IMG/VR virus record: IMGVR_UViG_3300030339_000003 | Span: 1-64,000 of that record | Reading direction: 5' to 3' (one strand) | DNA: 64,000 bases | In this document: positions 8,456-17,790 of the stretch, piece after piece | Position numbering within the stretch: position 1 is the first letter of the stretch | Layout of the letters: each line of letters starts with the position of its first letter | Notes under the pieces: model-generated | Databases searched by the model: none | What the model was told of the DNA's origin: nothing | Seen by the model: the letters and a program-made list of their open reading frames with translations, nothing else | Position numbers and translations under genes: made by a program

Positions 8456-9502
8456 TTAAATAGCTACTGGTGCTTTGATAGGATCGTGATGGTTATAATT
8501 GATCAACTCAAAATCATCAATCGTGTAATCGAAGATAGAATCCTTTTTCTTAATATACATAAGCGGCTTTGCATATGGTTCACGAGTTAATTGCAACTTA
8601 ACTTGTTCCAGATGGTTTTGATAGATGTGCACATCAACACCATTGTAAACAAGTTCACCTGGCACCATGTTAACTTGCTGGGCAATCATTTGCGTAAGCA
8701 AAGCATATGAAGCGATGTTAAACGGTAAACCTAAGAAAGTGTCCGAACTACGCATGAGGAAGAAGCAGTTTAGTCGACGAGTGGGGATACCAGCGTCATC
8801 AAACTGTTTCTTTAATTTCTCAGGTTCTGCTATCTCGCCGTTTTCTGGATTAAGAAGCAACATGTGAACCACACCGAATTGATATTTTTTATGACGAAAC
8901 AGTTCAAAACGTTCGTACAATGACAATTCGGTAGTAGTGAACTGGAAATAGTTGTGACAAGGTTCTAATGCCATTTGATCTAACTGACCCACATTAATAG
9001 CACTGACATAAATACGACGGTTATCGGGATCGTTCTTTAACAAGTCAATTACTTTTTGAATCTGATTAGTGGAACGACGATAAACACACGCAGGAGGGTT
9101 GCCATTATCTTTCTGCATGTAACCTTCAAAATGGTAACCTTTGGATTCCAAATGGCATCTGATACGGTGTCCGGTATCATGTGTTATATAAGTGTCAACC
9201 CAATCGGTCCATTGTTTACCATAGACTGGACCCAAGTCACCATTTTTATCAGCCCATTCTCGCCAGATCTTAACCCCATTATCTTCCAGGTACTCAATGT
9301 TGGTTTCGCCTTTAAGGAACCAAAGCAGTTCATGGATGATTGAACGCAAATGAGTTTTCTTGGTAGTAACCAAAGGGAAACCATCTGCCAGATTAAAACG
9401 TAACATACGACCAAATACAGATAACGTGCCAGTACCAGTACGATCTGATTTAGGAGTACCGCTCGTTAATACATCTTCGAGTAATGCCAAATAGTTTTTC
9501 AT
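8456..9502 (-). CDS. thyA: Thymidylate synthase
   Basis: [49 protein letters not shown]. Confidence 0.97.
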   Translation of the reverse strand: MKNYLALLEDVLTSGTPKSDRTGTGTLSVFGRMLRFNLADGFPLVTTKKTHLRSIIHELLWFLKGETNIEYLEDNGVKIWREWADKNGDLGPVYGKQWTDWVDTYITHDTGHRIRCHLESKGYHFEGYMQKDNGNPPACVYRRSTNQIQKVIDLLKNDPDNRRIYVSAINVGQLDQMALEPCHNYFQFTTTELSLYERFELFRHKKYQFGVVHMLLLNPENGEIAEPEKLKKQFDDAGIPTRRLNCFFLMRSSDTFLGLPFNIASYALLTQMIAQQVNMVPGELVYNGVDVHIYQNHLEQVKLQLTREPYAKPLMYIKKKDSIFDYTIDDFELINYNHHDPIKAPVAI

Positions 9503-9519
9503 TTTAAAGGTTTCCTTAA

Positions 9520-9822
9520 TTAAGCAATCATTGTTCCGAGAATATCTTTACGCAAACCCGTGGTGATTTTAAATTCACTCAGCTCATCTTTTTCTTGGTC
9601 GTAAACAAATTGTACTACTTTGATCAAAGCGTTAGGCGGGAATTTGCGTAACACATTATCAGAAATGAATTTATAATTTAAACATTTGGTTTTGGGTGTT
9701 GCTCTAAAGCGTTGGCTTATATTAACTCCTTTTGTATCTCGGATGATGATACCGGCCATATCCTTGGTAACAGAAAGATCTAATATAAGCTCAATTTCCA
9801 TTTTCTTTTTAAACATGATCAC
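9520..9822 (-). CDS. Hypothetical protein
   Basis: 100-aa ORF within the operon. Confidence 0.7.
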   Translation of the reverse strand: MIMFKKKMEIELILDLSVTKDMAGIIIRDTKGVNISQRFRATPKTKCLNYKFISDNVLRKFPPNALIKVVQFVYDQEKDELSEFKITTGLRKDILGTMIA

Positions 9823-9823
9823 C

Positions 9824-10375
9824 TTAAAAGATTAAATTATTGCCTGGAGTGGGTTCGGGTGTCGCATCTTTAAACCCTTCCATACCTTTATTAAACAATA
9901 GTTCATTATAGGCAGTGATCTTTTGTTGGATGGATGGATAGATTTCATCCAGGTTAATGTCCATGTAAAGTTTGCCTTCCTGCAAAGCGATTAACGTTGG
10001 ACCTAATTCCATATCAATCAACAATTGGCCTTTTGGTGTACCATCGTGGTTTTTAGACGAACCCGTAGTAATTTTAACAAAGACACCTTCAATTTGTTCT
10101 GGTGTCAATTGAACTGTTTTTAAGAAATCATCAACAAGGTTATCAGCTCCTGCTTGAACTTTAGCAATGCTTTCCTCAATACGCATTACGTCAAAATCAT
10201 TATGAATGCCAAAACCCAAACACGTTGCTAAAGTAAATTCATTATTAAACTTTTTAAATGAATCTTTATTAAGTTCTAACAATTCATGTTCTGCAAGTTC
10301 AACATTCATTTGCTCGATTTCTTCGGGTGTTAACGGCAGGGCAACCTGCCGTATTAAACGTTTCTTAGTTACCAT
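9824..10375 (-). CDS. Hypothetical protein, PL[ST]xE paralog family
   Basis: RQVALPLTPEEIEQM. Confidence 0.75.
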   Translation of the reverse strand: MVTKKRLIRQVALPLTPEEIEQMNVELAEHELLELNKDSFKKFNNEFTLATCLGFGIHNDFDVMRIEESIAKVQAGADNLVDDFLKTVQLTPEQIEGVFVKITTGSSKNHDGTPKGQLLIDMELGPTLIALQEGKLYMDINLDEIYPSIQQKITAYNELLFNKGMEGFKDATPEPTPGNNLIF

Positions 10376-10376
10376 A

Positions 10377-10703
10377 TTAACTTAACCACCTTTCAAGGTC
10401 ACTTTCTTTGCGACAAACTAGCGTCTCAAAGATTTCAATTTCGTTGTAATAGTCTTCACTATCAACGCCGTGTTTACAACGATCGTAAATAGAGCCTTCG
10501 CTCATTTCTTCCCACGGAGTCCAAGGGTGTTTGGTTCCCCACTTGGGTTTGGTGTGAGTACGAGCCATGATGTTTTTATCGTGCTTACGAGCAAAAAGAA
10601 CTTTAGTAATCAGCTCTTTGGTTTTCTCATCAGCAGTAATAAACAGAACTTCAAGCTGTTCATCACTCATGTATTCTTTATCATTTAGTTTCATAATGAT
10701 CAC
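10377..10703 (-). CDS. Hypothetical protein
   Basis: 108-aa tightly packed ORF. Confidence 0.7.
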   Translation of the reverse strand: MIIMKLNDKEYMSDEQLEVLFITADEKTKELITKVLFARKHDKNIMARTHTKPKWGTKHPWTPWEEMSEGSIYDRCKHGVDSEDYYNEIEIFETLVCRKESDLERWLS

Positions 10704-11108
10704 CTAAGGTTTAATCATACGCTGCATTATTTTTACAGCCAATTGTTTATTGATAAGAGAATCCGACCCAGTATTTGAATGAGCCGTGAATTCTACTACG
10801 ATATTTTTTTGTGGATTAGGGTTAGGGTTACGTTGGACCTTTGCGCCTAAAACAATATCGGCATTTATAATCTCGTCGCCATCAACAGTGACTTTTAAGA
10901 AATTAACGTGTCGTTCACCAGTTGTCAAAAGATGAATATCTTCAAAAGTAACGGGAGGAAGATTATTAGTGCCGCTAAATTGATCGCTAATACAGTGACC
11001 GTCTTTATCGATATACAACACACCGGCGAGCTGAACACTAGCGTCAACACCTTTATATGCGCCAGCAATATCGATATCAGGTATCCCGCTTAAGTCTAAA
11101 GTTTTCAT
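10704..11108 (-). CDS. Hypothetical protein
   Basis: Start moved to ATG 11108 (MKTLDL), which abuts the exonuclease stop; the longer call overlaps that gene. Confidence 0.7.
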   Translation of the reverse strand: MKTLDLSGIPDIDIAGAYKGVDASVQLAGVLYIDKDGHCISDQFSGTNNLPPVTFEDIHLLTTGERHVNFLKVTVDGDEIINADIVLGAKVQRNPNPNPQKNIVVEFTAHSNTGSDSLINKQLAVKIMQRMIKP

Positions 11109-11109
11109 A

Positions 11110-11727
11110 TTAACGCTCGATGATTTGTTCAGTGGTGAGTTTGGCATTAGGGTCAGTAATGAACGCAAGTTGCAATCCATCACGTTGACAATCACCCAAT
11201 GCATTATGGTTAGCGAACTCCATACCGGTTTTAATGTAACCTTTGATTTCACCCGTTGCTTGGAAAATAGCAGTAGGGACGTCAAGGATTTCATTATAAC
11301 CAATTGGGTTCTTGATCTTTAATAACTTGCACGCATTATTCGTCCAAACATAATCAGCATGTGTACGACGACAGAACACGATAGGTTTGTTCGACATAAG
11401 CCATTTAAAGAACTCAGGTAATGACTTAGAAATACTGGTCGGGTTTTTTAATACTTCTGCAATTTGAGAAGCATTACGTTCACGCCACCACTTGCCTGTT
11501 GCTTTGTCAATATCAAACCCTAAGAAAAACTGCTCAGTTAAATCCAGATTAACATAGAAGTTAAGGTCAGGAATTTCCATCGCCAATTTAGTTTCTTCCA
11601 CACTGAAACGGTTAAACTTAAACCCGCCAAAGCTTAACAGACCAGCATCAGGTTGTAGAGATGCAGATTCGTAATCGATCACAGCAGTGTTCGCATTAGC
11701 AATAACTTGTTCTGTAGAAATAGACAT
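11110..11727 (-). CDS. DEDDh 3'-5' exo(ribo)nuclease (Rv2179c/DUF5051-like)
   Basis: VIDYES, WW, HAD, HNALGDC motifs. Confidence 0.8.
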   Translation of the reverse strand: MSISTEQVIANANTAVIDYESASLQPDAGLLSFGGFKFNRFSVEETKLAMEIPDLNFYVNLDLTEQFFLGFDIDKATGKWWRERNASQIAEVLKNPTSISKSLPEFFKWLMSNKPIVFCRRTHADYVWTNNACKLLKIKNPIGYNEILDVPTAIFQATGEIKGYIKTGMEFANHNALGDCQRDGLQLAFITDPNAKLTTEQIIER

Positions 11728-11765
11728 AAAGATCCTTAATAAAAGAAAGTTGCACCATATTAATA

Positions 11766-11782
11766 ATAATACAGTGTAAAAG
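11766..11782 (-). promoter_or_regulatory. Possible early promoter variant
   Basis: TTTTACAC-TGTATTAT just downstream of a terminator, as at the other early promoters. Confidence 0.4.
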
Positions 11783-11802
11783 TGTTAAAATAAAGTTTAT
11801 AC

Positions 11803-11832
11803 TAATACTCCTACCGTGAGGTAGGAGTATTA
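11803..11832. terminator. Hairpin terminator
   Basis: TAATACTCCTACC-GTGA-GGTAGGAGTATTA. Confidence 0.8.
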
Positions 11833-11844
11833 AAGTATGATCAA

Positions 11845-12270
11845 TTATTCAAAACGAGCTTTACTGTCACTCGTGTAGATTGTACCGAATTTGGTAAGCA
11901 ATTCCGTAATAGCATGAAACACATCCATGTTATCTTTGAAATTCCATTTATTGTGTTTTGCAAAATACATTACAAAGTTATCGACGTTATGGACATCATA
12001 AGTGCCGCAAATATGCCTAACGGTTTGTTCAATAACCTTTTTAACTGTGTCACGATAACCGTACACATGGTTCTTCACTTTTAAGTATTCAGAAACCAAG
12101 CACGTAATAATAGTCGGAAGACAACGCAAATCCATGTTGTCATTTTTAACTTTATCAAAGATGGTAACAATACGATCATCATTGATAGGGATATTTAATT
12201 CCATTTTGTTATTGTAATAACGGAACTTAAATTTAAAGTTGTGTAATTTACTCATAAAGCTTAACCCCAT
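11845..12270 (-). CDS. Hypothetical protein
   Basis: 141-aa ORF; start uncertain. Confidence 0.65.
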   Translation of the reverse strand: MGLSFMSKLHNFKFKFRYYNNKMELNIPINDDRIVTIFDKVKNDNMDLRCLPTIITCLVSEYLKVKNHVYGYRDTVKKVIEQTVRHICGTYDVHNVDNFVMYFAKHNKWNFKDNMDVFHAITELLTKFGTIYTSDSKARFE

Positions 12271-12278
12271 GAAAATAA

Positions 12279-12300
12279 AAGGGTAGGAAAGTCTACCCTT
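12279..12300 (-). terminator. Hairpin terminator
   Basis: AAGGGUAG-ACUUUC-CUACCCUU, then UUAUUUU. Confidence 0.65.
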
Positions 12301-12308
12301 ATTATCTG

Positions 12309-12623
12309 TTACTTATTACATGTGTTTGGTAATAAAACATAACTTGTTTGTGAATCAGTCTTAGCGATAAATGAACACCCCGTTAACTTATCATTAACTA
12401 AAACAAGATTAACATTATTACCTTTAATTTCTTCAAAACGCTGATCAACCAAATTGTCAGTTTGTTGTCGAGCTTTGTTTTCCATCGAAATTGGGTCATT
12501 ACCTTGAGACGCCCATAATACACCCATAATGATCATCGCAACCATAGTAAACATTACAATTGCTTGACGACGTACGATTAACAATCTTGCAATCCATTTC
12601 ATAGAACGATAAAATACAGACAT
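12309..12623 (-). CDS. Membrane-anchored protein with a DUF6440-like DxxTGC motif
   Basis: N-terminal TM helix AIVMFTMVAMIIMGVLW; VNDKLTGCSFI. Confidence 0.6.
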   Translation of the reverse strand: MSVFYRSMKWIARLLIVRRQAIVMFTMVAMIIMGVLWASQGNDPISMENKARQQTDNLVDQRFEEIKGNNVNLVLVNDKLTGCSFIAKTDSQTSYVLLPNTCNK

Positions 12624-12630
12624 TTAAAAC

Positions 12631-12774
12631 CTACTTAGCAAAGTTAGGAGCAAACCCATCAACCAGTTTAAAGGTCACTGCAACGACTGCTGCAATAACT
12701 GCCATAGTCACCAGAAAGTCTTGGTTTTCTTTTGGTGTTTTATTAAGTGAATTAATAATATCTTTATCGAACAT
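12631..12774 (-). CDS. Small membrane protein (47 aa)
   Basis: Manual: MFDKDIINSLNKTPKENQDFLVTMAVIAAVVAVTFKLVDGFAPNFAK; SD GGGAG; fills the gap. Confidence 0.65.
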   Translation of the reverse strand: MFDKDIINSLNKTPKENQDFLVTMAVIAAVVAVTFKLVDGFAPNFAK

Positions 12775-13318
12775 GTACAATTCTCCCTACGCCTTGTTCA
12801 TAAAGGAAATCTTCAATACGCGCATTTAGTGATTCAATCTTTTCTAAATAAGCGCCATGATCTTTAACGCGATAAATAAACCCGAATTCCCAAACTGGAT
12901 AAACTTGGAATCCTGGTGGCGCATTAAAGTTTGGTGAACCATCTTCATTAAAACACCAGTTAAGCGTTTTGGCGGCTAATGAATAACCATGGAATCCACT
13001 TTCTTTTAATAACTTACTTAAGAAATTAAAGAATGGATCGGCATTTCTCCCAGCTGCAAAGATAAAGTAAAAAGCATCATTGCGAGGTTCTAGAAACTCT
13101 TCTCTTTTATTATTTGCTGGCGCGTTCAACCATTTTTGATATTGCTCAACGATAGTGTGTCCAGAACAACTCCAAACGGTCTGAATTCCATCAATGTTAT
13201 TTAATAAACGTAAAGTGTTAATCATGCGTTCATCAATACCACGATAACCACCATCGATGATCTTTTGATTACGTAACTTTAAAATACGATACTTTTTATC
13301 ACTTACTGTATGAAACAT
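12764..13318 (-). CDS. TYW3-like protein
   Basis: IDERMINTLRLLNNIDGIQTVWSCSGH resembles TYW3 D..I..l..iN....T.sSCsGr. Confidence 0.55.
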   Translation of the reverse strand: MFHTVSDKKYRILKLRNQKIIDGGYRGIDERMINTLRLLNNIDGIQTVWSCSGHTIVEQYQKWLNAPANNKREEFLEPRNDAFYFIFAAGRNADPFFNFLSKLLKESGFHGYSLAAKTLNWCFNEDGSPNFNAPPGFQVYPVWEFGFIYRVKDHGAYLEKIESLNARIEDFLYEQGVGRIVHVR

Positions 13319-13590
13319 TAAGGGCGCTCCATTTTAAAACAAGTCCATGAATTAATAATGTGTTTGCGTACTTTATTTAATTCTTTATCTACTGATTTCC
13401 AAGAAACACCATTAGCTAATGGTTCTTGAGGAGCACCCCAGATTGTTCCCTGCGTATTATTTTGAAAAATAATATCAAAATGTTCGCAACGGTCTTCATT
13501 GGAGCGTATGATGGGTTCAATCATAACAATACTACCAAGATCAATAACAATTTCACCAATAACCGTATCGAATCCTTTAATTTGATTCAT
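13318..13590 (-). CDS. Hypothetical protein
   Basis: 90-aa ORF, TAATG-coupled. Confidence 0.7.
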   Translation of the reverse strand: MNQIKGFDTVIGEIVIDLGSIVMIEPIIRSNEDRCEHFDIIFQNNTQGTIWGAPQEPLANGVSWKSVDKELNKVRKHIINSWTCFKMERP

Positions 13591-13593
13591 AGC

Positions 13594-14223
13594 TTAATAT
13601 CCTTTCTTTGCAGGAGGAACCGGTAATGAAGAATCGAAGTTTACTGTTCTTTTACCAGCAGGCATTTCACCATCGGTATTAAACTTAACAGTATCGTTAT
13701 CAGTCGGTGGTGTGACGTTATAAGTAATACTAATATAACGTTTGTATTCCGTATCCAGGAACTTATTCAGGTCACCGGTATATGGGACAGTCACGTCTAC
13801 GTTTTCATACTTAGCGAGACGCCCACGCGCTACGGAGAGCAACTTTAAAACAGTAGTGAGTGATCTGCTCAACCAACGAATGCGGTCCTTACCGGCCGTT
13901 AAGAGCGCAATAGTGGATACGCCGCGCATGTAACCATCACCACCCATAAACAATGCATTGGCCATTGCGTCATCTGACAGATTACCATAAGCAATACGTG
14001 CACGTTCTTCATTGTACATTTCTTTGTGGGGATCGGATTCACCTTCACCAAACCAATTGTTAGCCGGCGTCCACGGACGGTTAAAGGTAAAGTTCCTTAA
14101 AGTAAATGCCAGCAATTGACGACACTCGGTGTTATCCAGGTCATTCAAATTTGTTAAGATACTTTTAGCGCCATCGTAAGTAATGATTTCGCTTTCTAAT
14201 TCTTTCATGCTTTTAGTTGACAT
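13594..14223 (-). CDS. Hypothetical phage protein
   Basis: 209 aa; motif-like segment W..EGESDPH..Y..ERA...SDD.MAN...AGKDRIRWLSRSL. Confidence 0.75.
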   Translation of the reverse strand: MSTKSMKELESEIITYDGAKSILTNLNDLDNTECRQLLAFTLRNFTFNRPWTPANNWFGEGESDPHKEMYNEERARIAYGNLSDDAMANALFMGGDGYMRGVSTIALLTAGKDRIRWLSRSLTTVLKLLSVARGRLAKYENVDVTVPYTGDLNKFLDTEYKRYISITYNVTPPTDNDTVKFNTDGEMPAGKRTVNFDSSLPVPPAKKGY

Positions 14224-14235
14224 ATCGATACCCCA

Positions 14236-14400
14236 TTATTTGTTTGCGGTATTGACCATTAACATGGTGCTTACCAAAAGTGCAATAAACCAGCACATGA
14301 TTTTAAACTTATATTTAGAACGACTCTTTTCTGCCGTCAAAGCGGTTTCTAAAGAAAACCAAAAAGAAATCATCCAACAAACAAACCAGACAATAAACAT
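14236..14400 (-). CDS. Small two-TM membrane protein (54 aa)
   Basis: Manual: MFIVWFVCWMISFWFSLETALTAEKSRSKYKFKIMCWFIALLVSTMLMVNTANK. Confidence 0.65.
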   Translation of the reverse strand: MFIVWFVCWMISFWFSLETALTAEKSRSKYKFKIMCWFIALLVSTMLMVNTANK

Positions 14401-14411
14401 ATTTGCCCCAA

Positions 14412-14738
14412 TTAAAAAATCAAACTACGTTTAATACGTTGGATGTCTTTATAGATAGTCCCGCTAGACATTTTAAACAGTTCCTGAAACACCGCAGGCT
14501 CAAACCGTGGGATATTACGAGTAACCAACAACTCGTTATAAAAGTCCGCACGTTCTTTTTGAGTAGGTGCTTTCCTTAGCTTTAACAATTTAAGTTCACG
14601 TGTTGTTTTATCATACAACTCGAATTGAACATAGATATGATGCACACCAGTTCGAAATACTTTAACCTTACTTTGAACGGGCTGCGTACAGATATCTAAA
14701 CGTATGCTCGTTAATAACTTTAATAAATCGTAATTCAT
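14412..14738 (-). CDS. Helix-turn-helix DNA-binding protein
   Basis: C-terminal FQELFKMSSGTIYKDIQRI HTH pattern. Confidence 0.6.
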   Translation of the reverse strand: MNYDLLKLLTSIRLDICTQPVQSKVKVFRTGVHHIYVQFELYDKTTRELKLLKLRKAPTQKERADFYNELLVTRNIPRFEPAVFQELFKMSSGTIYKDIQRIKRSLIF

Positions 14739-14750
14739 ACTGCCCCCAAT

Positions 14751-15143
14751 TTATTGTAAACATTTCTCAAAATAACTTAGTAAATCTTTTTTCCAACCCA
14801 ATTGATGTGGGTCAACATGTTGTTCAATAGATAGTCCCGACTTTCCGTATTTATTTCTACTTATATCCAAACAAAAGTGAGTCAATAAATCTTGACTTAC
14901 TGTCATTTCAACTTGACAAGAAAGTTCTGTATTAGAAATAAATCTTTTGTCACTTAAAAGTAATGCACGATATTTAGTGCGGGACGATTTAACAATGGTA
15001 GTAAACAATCCATCTTTTTCTGGCAAAGACAGAGAATTGAAAGTAGGGTCTTCTTCCCAATGTTTACTTAAATTAGGAACCGATTCAATTAATTGCTTAA
15101 TTGCAGCAAGCAATGCTTCTTTGTAGTTCTCTGCATTTAACAT
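14751..15143 (-). CDS. Hypothetical protein
   Basis: 130-aa ORF, SD GAGG. Confidence 0.7.
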   Translation of the reverse strand: MLNAENYKEALLAAIKQLIESVPNLSKHWEEDPTFNSLSLPEKDGLFTTIVKSSRTKYRALLLSDKRFISNTELSCQVEMTVSQDLLTHFCLDISRNKYGKSGLSIEQHVDPHQLGWKKDLLSYFEKCLQ

Positions 15144-15164
15144 AGTAATACCTCGACAGTTAAG

Positions 15165-15350
15165 TTATTTGTTTTCTTTCCATGCAAGCTTAGCCAACAA
15201 AATGGCAACAGATTTATTGTGGCCTGCAGCACGGAATGTTCTAACCTTATTTTTCATAAAGTCAGCTTTCTTTTGTTTAGCCGAACGGATGTCAATAGCA
15301 AATTTGGTGCGATCAACATTATCGAGCGTTTGGGTAGTTTTTTCGTTCAT
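15165..15350 (-). CDS. Small basic protein
   Basis: 61 aa, K/R-rich, SD AGGA. Confidence 0.65.
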   Translation of the reverse strand: MNEKTTQTLDNVDRTKFAIDIRSAKQKKADFMKNKVRTFRAAGHNKSVAILLAKLAWKENK

Positions 15351-15361
15351 AACAAAATCCT

Positions 15362-15811
15362 ATGCTGAATAACAAAATGGAAATACAGAAAATGATTGAG
15401 AAGTTTTTAAGCCGTTTCTTTAAAACACAGCTTACACCGTTTGACTATCCCGACATGCCGTTACAATTCTTAGTAAAGGAAGATAAGTTTCAGTTTACGG
15501 AAGATTATACGACGCCCGATACTGTTATCCCAAAAGGCTTTATAACAGACGGTGCGAGTACTCCACGTTTACTGCAAGGATTGTATCCAGGTTATTACAA
15601 ATACTTTCCAGCAGCTGCTGTGCATGATTTCTTGTACGGTGAAGGTGAACTGTCCAGAAAAGATTGTGATGCAGCTTTACGTGACATCATTCGTTGCCGT
15701 TTAAAGATGGGATGGGAATACTGGTTTATTATGTGGCTAGTGGTTCGCATGTTTGGTGCAAGTCATTATATCAAACGTAATGATCAAGGTAACACAATTA
15801 AGCCAGTTTAA
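15362..15811 (+). CDS. DUF1353 family protein
   Basis: IPKGFITDGASTP..AAAVHDFLY..VRMFG signature; true start may be downstream. Confidence 0.85.
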   Translation: MLNNKMEIQKMIEKFLSRFFKTQLTPFDYPDMPLQFLVKEDKFQFTEDYTTPDTVIPKGFITDGASTPRLLQGLYPGYYKYFPAAAVHDFLYGEGELSRKDCDAALRDIIRCRLKMGWEYWFIMWLVVRMFGASHYIKRNDQGNTIKPV

Positions 15812-15822
15812 AATATACAAAA

Positions 15823-15840
15823 GCAATATATACTAAAACA
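15823..15840 (-). promoter_or_regulatory. Possible early promoter variant
   Basis: TTTTAGTA-TATATTGC immediately downstream of the 15851-15878 terminator. Confidence 0.4.
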
Positions 15841-15850
15841 AATACAAAAA

Positions 15851-15878
15851 TAATAAGGGAGCGCAAGCTCCCTTATTA
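15851..15878. terminator. Bidirectional terminator between convergent genes
   Basis: TAATAAGGGAGC-GCAA-GCTCCCTTATTA. Confidence 0.85.
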
Positions 15879-15888
15879 GATGTGTTTA

Positions 15889-16473
15889 TTAAAACCGATC
15901 TTGGTATTTACCAACTGCAATACGAGCAACTGCATCACTTAATTGATCGTGTTCCAACAACACCGGATTGTAGATCACTTTGTTAACAATATCACCACAA
16001 GTGATTACAACATCTTTCCAACCTTCTGGAGTAGGTTCACTTGGAAGTACGACATTAAACACAAATACTTCCGAACCACCAGACGTTGACACACCGTAAA
16101 CACCACCTGATCTTTCGACCAGACCGGCAAACTGAACTAAATCAAAGACTTTGTATTTCAAGTCAAAGTTAGTTAAAAACATATGGGTGTTTTCGGCTTT
16201 TAATAATGCTAAGCGTTTGCCCATACGTTTCTTTAGTTCGATTTGAATATAACGATCAATAAACTCTTGCACCGTTTCCATGCGTTGACGCGTTAATGGA
16301 ATGTCCGCAATAAACTGTTTGATATCTTCCAGGTTAAAGCGGTAATCCATACTTTGAGCGATACTTGACATGGACCAAAGTGCAATCATGTCATGGGTAA
16401 GTTTATAAGAAGCTTCAACACGAGAACCTTTCTTATAATAGCTAACATCTAAAACATGTGTTGATTTAACCAT
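15889..16473 (-). CDS. Hypothetical protein (paralog of 16497)
   Basis: MVKSTH..W..SS..R.ETVQEFIDRY..GD.V..V.YN. Confidence 0.75.
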   Translation of the reverse strand: MVKSTHVLDVSYYKKGSRVEASYKLTHDMIALWSMSSIAQSMDYRFNLEDIKQFIADIPLTRQRMETVQEFIDRYIQIELKKRMGKRLALLKAENTHMFLTNFDLKYKVFDLVQFAGLVERSGGVYGVSTSGGSEVFVFNVVLPSEPTPEGWKDVVITCGDIVNKVIYNPVLLEHDQLSDAVARIAVGKYQDRF

Positions 16474-16496
16474 TATTCAATTACCCCCGGTCAAAG

Positions 16497-17105
16497 TTAT
16501 TTATGTTGTGTTATTGTATTCAAAAGAGCATTGCCTACAGTCATCTTAACGGCACGAACTGTTTCAGCCATTTTACGAAGAACCGCTGCTGACAAGTATT
16601 TATGGTTATAAGTAACATACCCAATGTTATCGCCATGACGTAATGTAATATCACGATGACCTGCGCGACCACAATACTGATGCGAAACATCCATAATGAA
16701 CTCTTTCTTGTTTCCGCTAAGGATGCCATAACAACCTAACGGCTGAACAACGATTTGTTCAAACTTGCCCGGGAATTTCTTATTAATGTGCGCTGTGACC
16801 AGATCTTTGAAATTAGACGTGTCCAGCGCCAGGAACCCTTCCGCATAACGCGCGTTTTGGAAACGGTAGTTAAGCTCAACAAACATATAACGGTCGATGT
16901 ATTCCTGCGGGGATTCTTTACGACGGTTATAAACTTGAACGGATTCAACAAAACGTTTTACTTCCTGGATTGCCATCATGTGCGTGACGTTACGAGGAAG
17001 TGAACTGGTTTTCCAAAGTTCCAGGATTTCTGGACGAATCAAATAGCTAACGTCTTTACCTGTTTCAATTTCGACAATGGATGCTGCGTGTGTTGCTTTG
17101 ATCAT
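16497..17105 (-). CDS. Hypothetical protein (paralog of 15889)
   Basis: MIKATH..W..SS..RKESPQEYIDRY..GD.I..V.YN. Confidence 0.75.
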   Translation of the reverse strand: MIKATHAASIVEIETGKDVSYLIRPEILELWKTSSLPRNVTHMMAIQEVKRFVESVQVYNRRKESPQEYIDRYMFVELNYRFQNARYAEGFLALDTSNFKDLVTAHINKKFPGKFEQIVVQPLGCYGILSGNKKEFIMDVSHQYCGRAGHRDITLRHGDNIGYVTYNHKYLSAAVLRKMAETVRAVKMTVGNALLNTITQHK

Positions 17106-17135
17106 TGAATATACCTTTTAAATAAAGTTGCTAAT

Positions 17136-17762
17136 TTAAGTGGTTTGTTGGTAGTCAATAGTAAGTGCGTTACTATTGACCAAATGGAACTTATCAATAT
17201 TTAACGCATTATGCAAACGTTCTAATGTGATAGTTATTGTATCGGGGCGAATCTCTTCTAACGATCGAGTAGTTTTCAAGAAAGTTTCAGCTAACTGATT
17301 TTCCACACTATCGATATTAAGATCTTTGCCGTAGGTCAGGTAATAACCATAAAACGCAAGCTCATCACGTTGTAGGGTTGAGTCTTCCTTACATACTTGT
17401 TCGGCCATACTTTTAATGTATGATTCACCACATGTCCCGAAGTGCTCCAACGTAACATCTTCTTTTACGGTTACGGCTATGGAGACTTCGACTTTATCGT
17501 CGGATTTAAAATAATAAATCCCCATCATTGTCCAGGGTTGTTTCTTTTCTAACAAAAATTCCCTGGCGTATTCTTGTGCGATTTTAAGGTCGCCTCCCTT
17601 TAGGTGTAAGCTCAGGTCAGCGTAGTGGAAAGCAGTTGGTAGATGATTCATATCCCCGATAATGTGAAACTTAGCTAAGCAACGTTCAAGTACTGCATTG
17701 ATATGATTAGCCTTGTTACGGATAAGACTGATTTTCTTCCGTGGCTTTTTATTCTGTCCCAC
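17136..17762 (-). CDS. Hypothetical protein
   Basis: 208 aa, GTG start, basic N-terminus KKPRKK. Confidence 0.75.
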   Translation of the reverse strand: MGQNKKPRKKISLIRNKANHINAVLERCLAKFHIIGDMNHLPTAFHYADLSLHLKGGDLKIAQEYAREFLLEKKQPWTMMGIYYFKSDDKVEVSIAVTVKEDVTLEHFGTCGESYIKSMAEQVCKEDSTLQRDELAFYGYYLTYGKDLNIDSVENQLAETFLKTTRSLEEIRPDTITITLERLHNALNIDKFHLVNSNALTIDYQQTT

Positions 17763-17790
17763 AATTTACCCCTTTTAAAAAATGTTTAAG

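Noticed and set aside
8456-9502. Intron or intein in thyA, or a base-hypermodification enzyme
   Set aside because: The inserts are short and in frame without intein termini or an endonuclease, and the dUMP-specifying Asn is retained.
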